Assembly: GCA_963758525.1 (NCBI GenBank)
Contig: CAVWVQ010000003.1
Coordinates: 1,600,001 to 1,664,000, forward strand
Direction: 5' to 3'
From: an uncultured Phycisphaerales bacterium
Lineage (GTDB): Bacteria; Planctomycetota; Phycisphaerae; Tepidisphaerales; Tepidisphaeraceae
Length of the DNA: 64,000 nt
A program made the translations under genes and the position numbers. Under the pieces are notes generated by a model, which searched no databases, was not told the DNA's origin, and worked only from the letters and a program-made list of their open reading frames with translations. How positions within the stretch are numbered: the stretch's first letter is position 1; each line of letters begins with the position of its first letter. This document shows positions 40,607 to 52,214 of this stretch, in pieces.

Positions 40607-42232
40607 TCAGCTCACCGCGCCGGCGATGGCGGGGACGTCGTCGCCTTCCTTCAGTTCCGTCACGAGGACTTCGGTTGTCAGCGCCAGAGCGCTGACGCTG
40701 GCGGCGTTGAGCAGCGCGGTGCGGGCCACCTTGGCCGGGTCGAGAATGCCCGCTTTGAGCATGTCGCAGAATTCGCCGGTGCCGGCGTTATAGCCCCAGT
40801 TGGGGTTCTTGTTGGACAGGATTTCGTCCACAATCACTTCGCCGTCATCACCGGCGTTGTCCGCGATCTGGCGGGCCGGAGCACGCAGCGCTTCGATGAC
40901 AATCTCAAATCCGATTTTCTCGTCACCGCGGGCTTTGGACTTCCCATTTTCGACGACTTCGATGGCGCGGAGGAATGCGACACCGCCGCCGGGGATGATT
41001 CCCTCTTCGGCAGCGGCCCGGGTGGCGTGGAGCGCGTCATCGATCAAATCCTTGCGCTCCTTCATTTCCATTTCAGTTGCGGCGCCGGCCCGGATGACGG
41101 CAACGCCGCCGGTGAGCTTGGCGAGGCGTTCCTGGAGCTTTTCCTTGTCGTAATCGCTGGTGGTCTTGTCGATCTGCGAACGAATCTGGTCGGCGCGGCC
41201 CTCGATCTCCTTGCGCTTGCCGGCGCCTTCGACGATCAGCGTGTTGTCCTTGTCGACGGTGATGCGCTTGGCTTGACCGAGGTCTTCGAGCTCGACGTTT
41301 TCGAGCTTCAGACCGATGTCTTCGCTGATGAACTTTGCGCCGGTGACGACTGCGAGGTCGGCCATGATCGCCTTGCGGCGGTCGCCGAATCCCGGGGCCT
41401 TGACGGCGCAGATATTCAGCACGCCGCGCAGCTTGTTGACGACCAGGGCGGCGAGCGCCTCGGACTCAACGTCTTCGGCGATGATCAGCAGCGGCTTGCT
41501 GGAAGTCACGATCTTGTTGAGCAGCGGGAGCAGCTCGGCGAGATTGGAGATCTTCTTTTCGTGAAGCAGGATGTAAGCGTCTTCCAACACCGCCTCGAGC
41601 GTGGTCGGGTTGGTGAGGAAATAAGGGGACATGTATCCCTTGTCGAACTGCATTCCCTCGGTGTATTCGAGCGTGGAGTCGGTGCTCTTGCCTTCGTCGA
41701 CGGTGATGACGCCTTCCTTGCCGACTTTCTCCATCGCGTCGGCCATGAGGTCGCCGATCTTCTCGTCGCCGTTGGCGCTGATGGTGGCGACGCGCTTGTA
41801 GTCCTCGCGTCCCTTGACCTTCTTGGAGAGCGCGGTGATCGACTCGGCGGCCAGCTCAGCGGCTTTGAGAATGCCGCGCTGGATAACGACAGGGTTTGCC
41901 CCGCCGGCCGCGACATATTTGAGACCATTGCTATAGATCGCCTCGGCAAGCACGACCGCGGTGGTGGTGCCATCGCCGGCGACATCGCCGGTCTTGCTGG
42001 CGACCATGTTCACCAGCTTGGCGCCCATGTTTTCGAAGGGTTGCGGCAGCTCGATCTCTTTGGACACGGTGACGCCGTCCTTGGTGATCCGCGGGCTGCC
42101 GAAGGATTTCTGCAACACCACGTTGCGACCGCGCGGCCCCAGGGTCGCTTTGACGGCCCGAGCCAACTGTGAAAGGCCGCCGGCAATTTCCGCCCGTGCG
42201 CCCGCTTCAAACATCATTTGTTTCGCTGCCAT
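40607..42232 (-). CDS. groEL: Chaperonin GroEL, copy without a GGM tail
   Basis: [35 protein letters not shown]. Confidence 0.98.
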   Translation of the reverse strand: MAAKQMMFEAGARAEIAGGLSQLARAVKATLGPRGRNVVLQKSFGSPRITKDGVTVSKEIELPQPFENMGAKLVNMVASKTGDVAGDGTTTAVVLAEAIYSNGLKYVAAGGANPVVIQRGILKAAELAAESITALSKKVKGREDYKRVATISANGDEKIGDLMADAMEKVGKEGVITVDEGKSTDSTLEYTEGMQFDKGYMSPYFLTNPTTLEAVLEDAYILLHEKKISNLAELLPLLNKIVTSSKPLLIIAEDVESEALAALVVNKLRGVLNICAVKAPGFGDRRKAIMADLAVVTGAKFISEDIGLKLENVELEDLGQAKRITVDKDNTLIVEGAGKRKEIEGRADQIRSQIDKTTSDYDKEKLQERLAKLTGGVAVIRAGAATEMEMKERKDLIDDALHATRAAAEEGIIPGGGVAFLRAIEVVENGKSKARGDEKIGFEIVIEALRAPARQIADNAGDDGEVIVDEILSNKNPNWGYNAGTGEFCDMLKAGILDPAKVARTALLNAASVSALALTTEVLVTELKEGDDVPAIAGAVS

Positions 42233-42247
42233 GTCTATAACTCCGAG

Positions 42248-42326
42248 TCAGGGTACAGGGTTCAGGGTGTCATGGTTCAGGAGGCCAGTCTTTTACTGAA
42301 CCCTGAACTCTGACACCCTGAACCCT
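42248..42326. repeat. Inverted GGGTTCA/TGAACCC heptamer arrays, same family as 3764-3992
   Basis: cagggtacagggttcagggtgtcatggttcagg…ctgaaccctgaactctgacaccctgaaccct. Confidence 0.88.
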
Positions 42327-42370
42327 CTTTGTGCTTTTTGCGGAATGCGTCGTTCGCGCAGATCCGTGAA

Positions 42371-42658
42371 TTACTCCAGAACGCCCAGAATGTCCGTCTC
42401 GCGAAGGATGACGAACTTTTCGGTGTTCACTTCGATGTCGGTGCCGGCGTACTTGCCGTAGTAGACGGTGTCGCCGGCGCGGACGCCGATTTCCATCGGC
42501 TTGCCGTGGTCGTCGAGCTTTCCGGGGCCGACGGAAATGACTTTGCCCTTGGTGGGCTTTTCCTTGGCGCTGTCGGGAAGCACGATCCCGCTGGCGGTTT
42601 TCGTTTCGGCTTCCGACTGCTTCACAATAACGCGATCTGCTAGAGGTCGAAGTTTCAT
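42371..42658 (-). CDS. groES: Co-chaperonin GroES
   Basis: MKLRPLADRVIV, TASGIVLPD, VGPGK. Confidence 0.97.
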   Translation of the reverse strand: MKLRPLADRVIVKQSEAETKTASGIVLPDSAKEKPTKGKVISVGPGKLDDHGKPMEIGVRAGDTVYYGKYAGTDIEVNTEKFVILRETDILGVLE

Positions 42659-42697
42659 AGTTTGGTTCTCCTCAATTATCCGCTGCACAACACTGTT

Positions 42698-43066
42698 TCA
42701 TGCGGCCAATACTGGGCCAGCCGCGACCAGCTTCTTTCGCTTCGGGTCCACCGATGCGTTGAAACCTTCCAAAGTTCGAGCACCGAGGAGCGATTGATCG
42801 CCGGGCTCACCGAACACCACTTCATCTACCGTGAAAAACTTCTCAACATGTATCACCACAAATCCGACGCTCCTGGTGATCTCCTGTCCATTTGCCATGA
42901 CAAACGTGACATCCTTCTTCTCGCGTTGAACTCCTATACGCTCAAGCGATTTTGCGGAAAGCCAGGTGTAGTCAGTGCCGGTATCGACAAGGAGCTTCTC
43001 GACCCGCACCGACCGATGACGATCTCCTACGTTCTCGATCTTGCATCCCACTCGAAAAGCTCCCAC
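42698..43066 (-). CDS. Clan AA (retropepsin-like) aspartic protease
   Basis: LLVDTGTDYT, MANG, LLGARTLE, VDP. Confidence 0.85.
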   Translation of the reverse strand: MGAFRVGCKIENVGDRHRSVRVEKLLVDTGTDYTWLSAKSLERIGVQREKKDVTFVMANGQEITRSVGFVVIHVEKFFTVDEVVFGEPGDQSLLGARTLEGFNASVDPKRKKLVAAGPVLAA

Positions 43067-43082
43067 GACTTACGTTCCCTCT

Positions 43083-44822
<1,740 letters not shown>

Positions 44823-44984
44823 TCAGGCGAAGTCTCCGGGCCTGCGCCTGCGGCGGGTAAAGCGCCGTGAGGTGTGCGTATAACAAAGGCAATGCCGGAA
44901 GAGAGCGGATCAGGATGCTCGTATAACTCCATTCTAAGCATTGGCTTATAGATAACGCCGCTTCGCGGCAGCGGCGCGCCTTAG

Positions 44985-45039
44985 CTGTCAGGGTGGCAGC
45001 GGCAAAGGAATCACGCAAATGGGGTTGCCATTGTGGCAG
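44985..45039. promoter_or_regulatory. Two YTGYCA-N3-TGGCAG palindromes upstream of the chaperone operon
   Basis: ctgtcagggtggcag at 44985-44999 and ttgccattgtggcag at 45025-45039. Confidence 0.45.
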
Positions 45040-45050
45040 GCAAAACGACA

Positions 45051-45080
45051 CCGCCGCGTCAGCGGTCACTGACGCGGCGG
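45051..45080 (-). terminator. Probable intrinsic terminator
   Basis: Perfect 12-bp stem ccgccgcgtcag/ctgacgcggcgg followed on the minus strand by tgtcgtttt. Confidence 0.55.
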
Positions 45081-45167
45081 AGTGCGATGAGAAGGTTCGA
45101 TATTTAACGAACGTCGAGCTCTCTCGGGCAGTCGCTAAGAGCCCGTTTCAGAACTGAAAATCCACCA

Positions 45168-45252
45168 CCCACCCCGAGTCTGAGCTACTCCGAAGGCTCG
45201 GATTTTCGCGTGTTCGATCCGAGCCTTCGGAGTATCTCAGACTCGGCGTGGG
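45168..45252. repeat. Long REP/MITE-like inverted repeat
   Basis: 36-bp arms with 2 mismatches and a 13-nt loop. Confidence 0.85.
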
Positions 45253-45303
45253 GTTACGACATCGCCTCTAAACGACCTGAACGCGTCAATCGAACCGTGT
45301 CGA

Positions 45304-45807
45304 TTACGACGCCGTGTGACCGGCGGCTTCCAAGTTGATCACGCTCTCGGCGAGCTTGGAAAGCTTCTTGTCCGTCGCGGCTTCTTCGTCAAGCGTCTCC
45401 TGAAGTTGTTTGGCGGCTGATTCCTCGCCCAGCAGCTTCGCATAGGCGCGCACCGTGCCGTACCCAGCCATCTCATAATGCTCGACGCGTTGCGCGGCGG
45501 CGATCAGCCCGGCATCCTTCACTTCGTCGACGGCATCTTCTTCGATCATCTCCTTGCCCTCCTCGACGAGCCCTTCCATAGCCTTGCACTTTTTGCCAGT
45601 GGGCTTTTCCCCGAGCTTCTCGAAGATCTTGGTGAGCCGTTCGACGTGGCCCTTGGTTTCCTCCAGATGTTGAAGGAATCCGGCTTTCAATTGGTCATCG
45701 GTCGCGGCTTTGGCCATTTTCGGCAAGGCTTTGACCAGTTGATTCTCCGCGCTGTACAGGTCGCGCAGTTCGTCAACGTACAAATCCCGAAGGTCTTCCA
45801 TTTCCAT
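45304..45807 (-). CDS. Ferritin-like DUF892 (YciE/YciF) protein
   Basis: LRDLYSAENQL, HLEETKGHVERL, AQRVEHYEMAGYG; RBS AGGAG. Confidence 0.93.
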   Translation of the reverse strand: MEMEDLRDLYVDELRDLYSAENQLVKALPKMAKAATDDQLKAGFLQHLEETKGHVERLTKIFEKLGEKPTGKKCKAMEGLVEEGKEMIEEDAVDEVKDAGLIAAAQRVEHYEMAGYGTVRAYAKLLGEESAAKQLQETLDEEAATDKKLSKLAESVINLEAAGHTAS

Positions 45808-46108
45808 GATGTGTCTCCTGCAAAAAAGTATGCGAGTTCTATTTCCACCCGGCCCTACAAGTCCGGCATGCGGGTGCAAAGCAATCGGGATGCCTTCGAC
45901 GCCAGCAGCAACCCCCCAGCGCGAAAAACCCGAGCGACCCGTCGCTACGCGTGCGATTCCGGCTCTCAGGAATTTCCGCGGATCGGCGAACAGCGTCATA
46001 TTTTCGGAGGAACGCCAAGGTGTGTCACAAACGGATGAGGCTCGATTATTGCAGGGTTCGGCCTGCGGCGCGTTAGACTATGCGCAACGCTTACCGAGAG
46101 GGCAGCAC

Positions 46109-46570
46109 ATGCCAAATCCAGTGCCGGATCCGTCCATCGTCCTCAAAGCGGTCGAGACTTATCTCGGCCTGGCATATGAAGGCGCGCCGCCGCTGGTCGT
46201 GCAATCGCAATTGCGAATGATCCGTTCGGCGGGAGCCAACCTGTATAAGTCGCCGGTAGTTGTCCGCGACCTGGCCAATCCTCCGACGCGCTATTCAATG
46301 CGGCTTGGGAACCGCTATTACCCGCACATGAAGCTGAACATGGAACTCGCGCCGGATGACCAGGTCTGGCTCTTCCGCGCCGACACGCACGACCGGCACG
46401 TCTGCCCGCCGGAAAACTCCCCGGAATATGCTTCGTTCGTCAGTCTGATGGAACAGAATCAGAAGCTCTCCGAAGCGATCGAGACGGCCTGGGCACAACA
46501 GGGATTGCCGACGTTCAAGACATATCTTCGCGACGATCTGGCGCGCCGGCAGGCGGCGCTGGGCAAATGA
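46109..46570 (+). CDS. Hypothetical protein
   Basis: RLGNRYYPHMKL…DTHD; coding-like bias. Confidence 0.7.
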   Translation: MPNPVPDPSIVLKAVETYLGLAYEGAPPLVVQSQLRMIRSAGANLYKSPVVVRDLANPPTRYSMRLGNRYYPHMKLNMELAPDDQVWLFRADTHDRHVCPPENSPEYASFVSLMEQNQKLSEAIETAWAQQGLPTFKTYLRDDLARRQAALGK

Positions 46571-46589
46571 CGGAGCAGTCCCAGCGGAG

Positions 46590-46623
46590 GGGGAAAGAGG
46601 GAAAGAAGGGAAGAGGGAAAGAG
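46590..46623. repeat. Purine-only octamer array (GGGAAAGA)n
   Basis: About four degenerate units between convergent genes. Confidence 0.65.
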
Positions 46624-46646
46624 TCGCGTGAGCGCGCAGTGGGCGT

Positions 46647-48689
46647 TTACTCCTCTTCGGTCTTTGGCTTGTACTGATTCACCACCTGCTGCTGCACCTG
46701 CGGCGGCACGGGTTCGTAGTGGCTGAGCTGCATCACGAACGATCCGAGGCCGCCGGTGACGCTCTTGAGCTGGGAGTGGTATTGCATCACTTCGGAGAGC
46801 GGGACCTGGGCGCTGACTTGCGCCATGCCGCCGGGGAGGATGTCGGTGGCCTGGATTCGGCCGCGCTTGCCGGAGAGATCGCCGGTGATGCTCCCGACAT
46901 TCTGCTCGGGCACGATCACTTCCAGATTGACGATCGGCTCAAGCAATACCGGCCTGGCTTTAAGGAAGGCATCGCGAAACGCCCACTTGCCGGCGGTCTT
47001 GAAGGCGATTTCCTTGCTGTCGACAGGATGATGTTTCCCATCGGTGACGACGACTTTCACGTCCTGCACGGGATAGCCCGCGATGATCCCCTGGTCGACC
47101 AGCTCGCGCACGCCCTTCTCGACGGCGGGAATGTACTGGCCGGGAATCGTCCCGCCGAAGACTTCGTCGGCAAACTCGAATCCCTTGCCGCGTTCCAACG
47201 GCTCGATTCGGAGAAAGACCTCGCCGAACTGTCCCGCCCCGCCGGTCTGTTTCTTATGGCGATGGTGCCCTTCGGCGCTCTCGAGGATGGTCTCCCGATA
47301 GGCGATCTTCGGCGGCTTGGTATCCACGTGCAGCCCGCGATTGGCGAGTCGTTCCAGGATCAGGCGCAGGTGCAATTCGCCGATGCCGCTGATCACCACT
47401 TCGTGCGTCTGGCGATCATGTCCCCATTTAAAGGTCGGATCTTCCTCGGCCAGCTTCGAGAGGGCGCCGGAGATCTTCGTCTCGTCGCCGCGCGCCTTGG
47501 GAGTGACGGCCAGACCGAACATTGGCGTGGGAAAGACCAGCGGACGCAGGTGCACCGAATCGAGCGCGTGATCGTCGTGCAGAACATCGCCGACATGCAC
47601 TTCTTCGATTTTCGCAACGGCGCCGATGTCGCCGGCGATGACCGCGTCCGCCTCGCGATGATCCTTGCCTTGCAGATGCAGCACGTGCCCGAGCTTGACC
47701 GATTTTTTGGAGTGACCGATGTAAACGTGCGTGTTGCCGCTGGCTTTTCCCTGATGCACGCGGAAGATCGCGAGCTTTCCGACAAACGGATCGGTCGTCA
47801 CCTTGAACACGTGGGCCAGCAGCGGCTTATTTTGGTCGGGCTGATATCCGAACGGTTTTTCGTCGTTCGCCGTGCCGGTGAGAAACGGCCGGGGGTTGCC
47901 CTCGAGCGGACTCGGAAAGTGCCGAGCGATGGCGTCGAGCAGTTCGATGATTCCCACGCCGTTCTTTGCGTCAGTGAAGAGGATCGGAACGACGTGCGCC
48001 TCGTCCATCGCGCGCTCGAAGGGAGCATGCAGCGCATCATAGTTTGGCTCCTCGCCGCCGAGGTATTTCTCCATCAGCCCTTCATCGAGCTCGACGATCT
48101 GATCGAGAATTGCAGTGTGGGCCGACTCCACGGAGGAGAAGTCACTCTTGCCGGTCTTGTCGAGCAGGCAGTCAACGACAGCCTTGCTTCCATCGCCCGG
48201 GAGGTTGATTGGCATGCACTCGTGGCCGAACGTTTCCTGAATCTGTGAGACCAAATCCTCCAGATCCAGTTCGGGCAGATCGATCTTGTTGATCACAATT
48301 GCGCGCGGCAGATTCCGCTCACGGGCCGCCTCCATGATGCGCCGCGTGATGACCTCGATGCCGTGCTGCGCGTTGATCACGACCACCACCGTTTCGACCG
48401 CGGGCAGACACGCCAGCGCCGTCCCAACCAGATCGGGCGCTCCGGGCGTGTCGATCAGATTGATGCGCTTCCCCGCGTGATCGGCGTGCAGCACCGCGGA
48501 AAAGATCGAGTGCTTGTGCTCCTTCTCTTCCTTTTCAAAGTCGCTGAAGCTCGAGCCGTCGGCCACGGAACCGAGACGGCTGACGGTGCCGCTTTTAAAC
48601 AGCATCGCATCGATCAGCGTCGTCTTCCCCGCGTTCCCCTGGCCGGTGAGCAGAACGTTGCGAATATCCGCGGTTGAATAGGTGGGCAT
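46647..48689 (-). CDS. fusA: Elongation factor G paralogue (EF-G2-like)
   Basis: GNAGKTT, DTPG, NKID, GELHL, KKQTGGAGQF, LLEP; divergent switch I (HKHSI); not in a str operon. Confidence 0.9.
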   Translation of the reverse strand: MPTYSTADIRNVLLTGQGNAGKTTLIDAMLFKSGTVSRLGSVADGSSFSDFEKEEKEHKHSIFSAVLHADHAGKRINLIDTPGAPDLVGTALACLPAVETVVVVINAQHGIEVITRRIMEAARERNLPRAIVINKIDLPELDLEDLVSQIQETFGHECMPINLPGDGSKAVVDCLLDKTGKSDFSSVESAHTAILDQIVELDEGLMEKYLGGEEPNYDALHAPFERAMDEAHVVPILFTDAKNGVGIIELLDAIARHFPSPLEGNPRPFLTGTANDEKPFGYQPDQNKPLLAHVFKVTTDPFVGKLAIFRVHQGKASGNTHVYIGHSKKSVKLGHVLHLQGKDHREADAVIAGDIGAVAKIEEVHVGDVLHDDHALDSVHLRPLVFPTPMFGLAVTPKARGDETKISGALSKLAEEDPTFKWGHDRQTHEVVISGIGELHLRLILERLANRGLHVDTKPPKIAYRETILESAEGHHRHKKQTGGAGQFGEVFLRIEPLERGKGFEFADEVFGGTIPGQYIPAVEKGVRELVDQGIIAGYPVQDVKVVVTDGKHHPVDSKEIAFKTAGKWAFRDAFLKARPVLLEPIVNLEVIVPEQNVGSITGDLSGKRGRIQATDILPGGMAQVSAQVPLSEVMQYHSQLKSVTGGLGSFVMQLSHYEPVPPQVQQQVVNQYKPKTEEE

Positions 48690-48806
48690 GATCCGTTTCC
48701 TCGTTCCAGACGAACCGGGGGAAGTATACCAACGGATGGGGGAAAGGCAGTGGGAATAACAAGTTGCGAAACAGGCATGATCCCAGAGATTTCAATCTGA
48801 AGGAGA

Positions 48807-49424
48807 TCAGATCGCGCATCCCACCGCCCGCGTGACCGCGACCGGCACGGTCCGGCCGGCAACGACGGCGTCGAGCGCATCGCGCAGATCATGTTTGTCC
48901 GCTTCATAGCGCCGCTGGCCCAGGCTGATATACGAATTATCAATCCGGCCGCGGTACGAAATGGAGCCGGTCTGATCGAGGAGTATCGCCTCGGGCGTGG
49001 TTGTTGCGGCGTATTTCGTTACCAGCAGGTGGCCGGGATCCAGCAGGACGGTGGGCGCCAGCGCAAATTCACGGGCATGGTCCCGCACCTGGTCCCTGGA
49101 GAGATTCGCATCGACATCGACCAGGAAGAACCGTACCCCATGTGATGCGTACGCCTCGCTGAGCCGATTGATCTCCCCGGTGTAGGCGTTGCAGATCGGA
49201 CATTCCGCCGCGACGAAGATCAGCACAGTGGCCCGCTGACCAGGCTGCATCATCAATGGGCGGATCTGATGGCTGTCCGTATCCGTCAATGTGATCGGGA
49301 TTTCCCTCGCTGGGGAAAGCGTCGATGGTTGCGCTGCGTCGTACGTTGCCATACACCCCGAAACGATGAGCGCGCAGCAGAGCAGCGGAGGAATCGCTGC
49401 AAGGTGGAATGATCGAGGACGCAT
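48807..49424 (-). CDS. Redoxin (thioredoxin-like) lipoprotein
   Basis: VSGC lipobox, ECPIC, TTPE, YRGRIDN, GCAI. Confidence 0.85.
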   Translation of the reverse strand: MRPRSFHLAAIPPLLCCALIVSGCMATYDAAQPSTLSPAREIPITLTDTDSHQIRPLMMQPGQRATVLIFVAAECPICNAYTGEINRLSEAYASHGVRFFLVDVDANLSRDQVRDHAREFALAPTVLLDPGHLLVTKYAATTTPEAILLDQTGSISYRGRIDNSYISLGQRRYEADKHDLRDALDAVVAGRTVPVAVTRAVGCAI

Positions 49425-49560
49425 GTCGGGTTCAAGCTCTAACGCGTGCGAACAGATTATTATTCTATTGTCGGCCGCGCCTGAATCCCTGACCCTGTGA
49501 ATGGCAAAAAAGTCAAAAAGAATTTGATATCAGCGCTGCTTCTCCGCACCACGCACCCGA

Positions 49561-49583
49561 CACGGGCAGGATGCCCGTGCCAC
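49561..49583. repeat. Single REP (GTGG-type)
   Basis: cacgggcaggatgcccgtgccac. Confidence 0.7.
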
Positions 49584-49648
49584 GCGGGGGAATCGGCGGC
49601 GAATGACTTTTGACACGTTTTCGCGGAGAAGCTATTTCATTGCGGTTG

Positions 49649-50059
49649 ATGCCGCTGCCGAACGATAGCGCGACGACTCCAGTTGCCGGGCGGTTTATCG
49701 GCGGCGTGTTTGGCTTTGCGTTTGCCGGCATTGGGCTGACGGTTCTGGGCTTCCTCTGGGGATCGCCCTTTGGGGAGTGGGACTCGCCGCCCATCTTCTT
49801 CCGCATTGCCGGCAGCTTCATTGCGCTGGTTTTCGTCGGCGTCGGAGGAACGGTTCTGATCGCTTCGATCAAGGGCCGGATCGCGGGACAGACGAGCGGC
49901 AGCCCCGTTTCTTCCGCAGCGATGCCAAGCGTGCCCGCGACGTACATCTGTCCTCATTGCGGCGCTCCGCTCCCTGCCAAGGCGGATGTCTCTCCGCTGG
50001 GCGACGCGAAATGCCCGTTCTGCCATACCTGGTTCAACATTCATCAAAAGCCCGCGTAG
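49649..50059 (+). CDS. Two-TM protein with a C-terminal zinc ribbon
   Basis: Two hydrophobic helices; CPHC…CPFC. Confidence 0.7.
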   Translation: MPLPNDSATTPVAGRFIGGVFGFAFAGIGLTVLGFLWGSPFGEWDSPPIFFRIAGSFIALVFVGVGGTVLIASIKGRIAGQTSGSPVSSAAMPSVPATYICPHCGAPLPAKADVSPLGDAKCPFCHTWFNIHQKPA

Positions 50060-50082
50060 CTCGCTCAAGCTCCATGAGGGGC

Positions 50083-50442
50083 ATGTCCGATAATGACACC
50101 ATGTCATTCGATGCCGTCGTCGCGAATCCCGGTCGTCTGCAGATTCTCACGGCTCTGGCAGTGGAAGAACGCCAGGACTTCGTGCAGCTCCGCGGCGTCA
50201 CTCAACTCACCGACGGCAATCTCAGCGCGCACGCCAAGCGTCTGCAATCCGCAGGCATGCTGCAGATCGACAAGCAGTTCCGGGACGGGAAGCCCGTGAC
50301 CAGCTTTCTGCTGACCCCGGCGGGACGAAGCGCGCTCGAATCGCACGTCAGAAAGCTCTTCGCGGCGATCAGTCAACGGCGGATTTCTGCTCCGGCCCCC
50401 TCCGTACCCGCGCGAGCGATTCTGGTTCCGCCGGGGGACTGA
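50083..50442 (+). CDS. Winged-helix (MarR/ArsR-like) regulator
   Basis: RLQILTAL, LTDGNLSAH, LTPAGR. Confidence 0.85.
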   Translation: MSDNDTMSFDAVVANPGRLQILTALAVEERQDFVQLRGVTQLTDGNLSAHAKRLQSAGMLQIDKQFRDGKPVTSFLLTPAGRSALESHVRKLFAAISQRRISAPAPSVPARAILVPPGD

Positions 50443-50445
50443 TGC

Positions 50446-50554
50446 GTACCACGGGTTTCCAACCCGTGCTGACGACGCCGTTGAACGCAGCGCGCTCTCA
50501 GGATCCTCTTTAGTTAGCTTTGCGCAAATCGCACGGGTTGGAAACCCGTGATAC
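50446..50554. repeat. REP doublet
   Basis: gtaccacgggtttccaacccgtgc … gcacgggttggaaacccgtgatac. Confidence 0.85.
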
Positions 50555-50616
50555 ATTCGTCGCGTGAGCGAAACAGACCGCTAAACAACCAGCGCGCGCG
50601 AGATTACACTCCCCCC

Positions 50617-52076
50617 ATGCCCCAAGAAAAATCCTGGCAAGCCCGGATCTCCGAGTCCACCGATGCGATCGCCCAGAAGTTCGTCGAGTCGATCAGCTAC
50701 GATCGCCGGATTTACAAGCAGGACATTGCCGGGTCCATCGCTCACGCCACGATGCTGGCAAAGGTCGGCCTGATCAGCGATAGCGAGCGGGACGCGATCA
50801 TCGAGGGGCTCAAGGGAATCGAGCGCGACATCGAAGCCGGCAACTTCGTCTTTGACGAGGCGATGGAAGACATTCACATGGTCGTCGAAGCCGCGCTGAT
50901 CGAGCGGATCGGCGAGCCGGGGCGGAAGCTGCACACGGGGAGGAGCCGGAATGATCAGGTGGCGCTGGATCTGCGATTGTGGCTGACTGATTCGTCGCGC
51001 GTCATAGAGGAGCGTATCGAAACCCTTTGTAAAGAGTTGGTGTTTCTTGCTGATCGCAGCGCCACAACCGTCATGCCCTCATTTACGCATCTCCAGCGAG
51101 CCCAACCCATTTCGGCAGGCGCGGAAGCTCTCGCATGGGCGCAAATGCTATTTCGCGATCACGCACGCATTCGATTAACCCGACAGGGTTTTGGCGCAAA
51201 TCAATGGAAGGAGGGGGAAGACGGGCCGCTCGGAAGCGGCGCAATCGCTGGAACGTCAGTCCCGTTGGACGCGCATCACACTACAACGTTGCTCACATAC
51301 CAGGATCCGGCTGCCCGACATGCGACTCGGTACTTCCTTCGGGGCCCATGGAGCAGCATTGAACAGACAGCGACACGCGACCATGCCTGTGATTTCGTCT
51401 ACGCCTGCGCCATGATCTCCCAGCACCTCTCCCGCTGGGCCGAGCAGTGGATCATTTACATGACCACCGAATTCGGCTTCATCAAGATTGCCGACCGGTA
51501 TACGACGAGCAGCTCGATGATGCCGCAGAAGCGGAACCCGGACATGCTGGAGCTGATCCGCGGCCGATGCGGGAACGTCTATGGCGATCTGTTTGCCCTG
51601 ATGACGATCCTGAAGGGTTTGCCGATCGGCTACAACCGCGATCTGCAGGAGGACAAGCGAATCGTCTTCCGCGCGTATGACACGGTCAGCAGTTGCCTGA
51701 CGATGGCGGCTGCGATCGTCAATTCCGCGGAATACGACAAGGAGCGGATCGAACCCACGCTCGACCGCGGATTTCTCGATGCGACCTCGCTGGCGGAGTA
51801 TCTCGTGACAAAGGGCGTCCCTTTCCGAACCGCGCACCACATCGTTGGAACACTTGTTGCCCGCTGTGAAAAGGAAGGGAAGCACGCCCTGTCGCAATTG
51901 AGCGTGGAGCAGTTCAACGAGGTGATCGCCTCCAGGAGCGATGTGCGGATCGGCACGGAGGTATACGAGGCGCTGGGGCGCGGAACGTGGTGAAGCGCTA
52001 CCAGAGCGCCGGCGCCGCGGGGGGAAAACCTTTTGAAGAGCAATTGAAGTCGTGGAAGGAAAGACTGGGGATGTGA
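50617..52076 (+). CDS. argH: Argininosuccinate lyase, apparent frameshift near 51978
   Basis: EDIH, HTGRSRNDQ, THLQRAQP, SSMMPQKRNPD, YNRDLQEDK, PFRTAH; continues NVVKRY…ERLGM* in the next frame. Confidence 0.93.
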
Positions 52077-52107
52077 TTGTTTCCCCCCTTTCCGTGCGTT
52101 CTCCCCT

Positions 52108-52191
52108 TTTAGCCCGGTCGCTTGCGACCGGATTTGGGGACGACAGATGCGCTCGGGAGAAGACAATCCGGTCGCGAGCGACCGGGCTAAA
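52108..52191. repeat. REP doublet (TTAG-type) upstream of the RAYT gene
   Basis: tttagcccggtcgcttgcgaccggatt … aatccggtcgcgagcgaccgggctaaa. Confidence 0.88.
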
Positions 52192-52214
52192 AAAATTAAA
52201 ATGAAAGGAATCCG

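Noticed and set aside
44981..45007. CIRCE element (TTAGCTGTC…)
   Set aside because: The left arm only partly matches and the right arm does not fit GAGTGCTAA at N9 spacing
45015..45030. Sigma-54 promoter TGGCA…TTGC on the minus strand
   Set aside because: GG-to-GC spacing is 11 nt rather than 10; it would only fit if a homopolymer error is present
50985..51395. DGR variable region
   Set aside because: No template repeat or reverse transcriptase in the window, and the changes include apparent insertions
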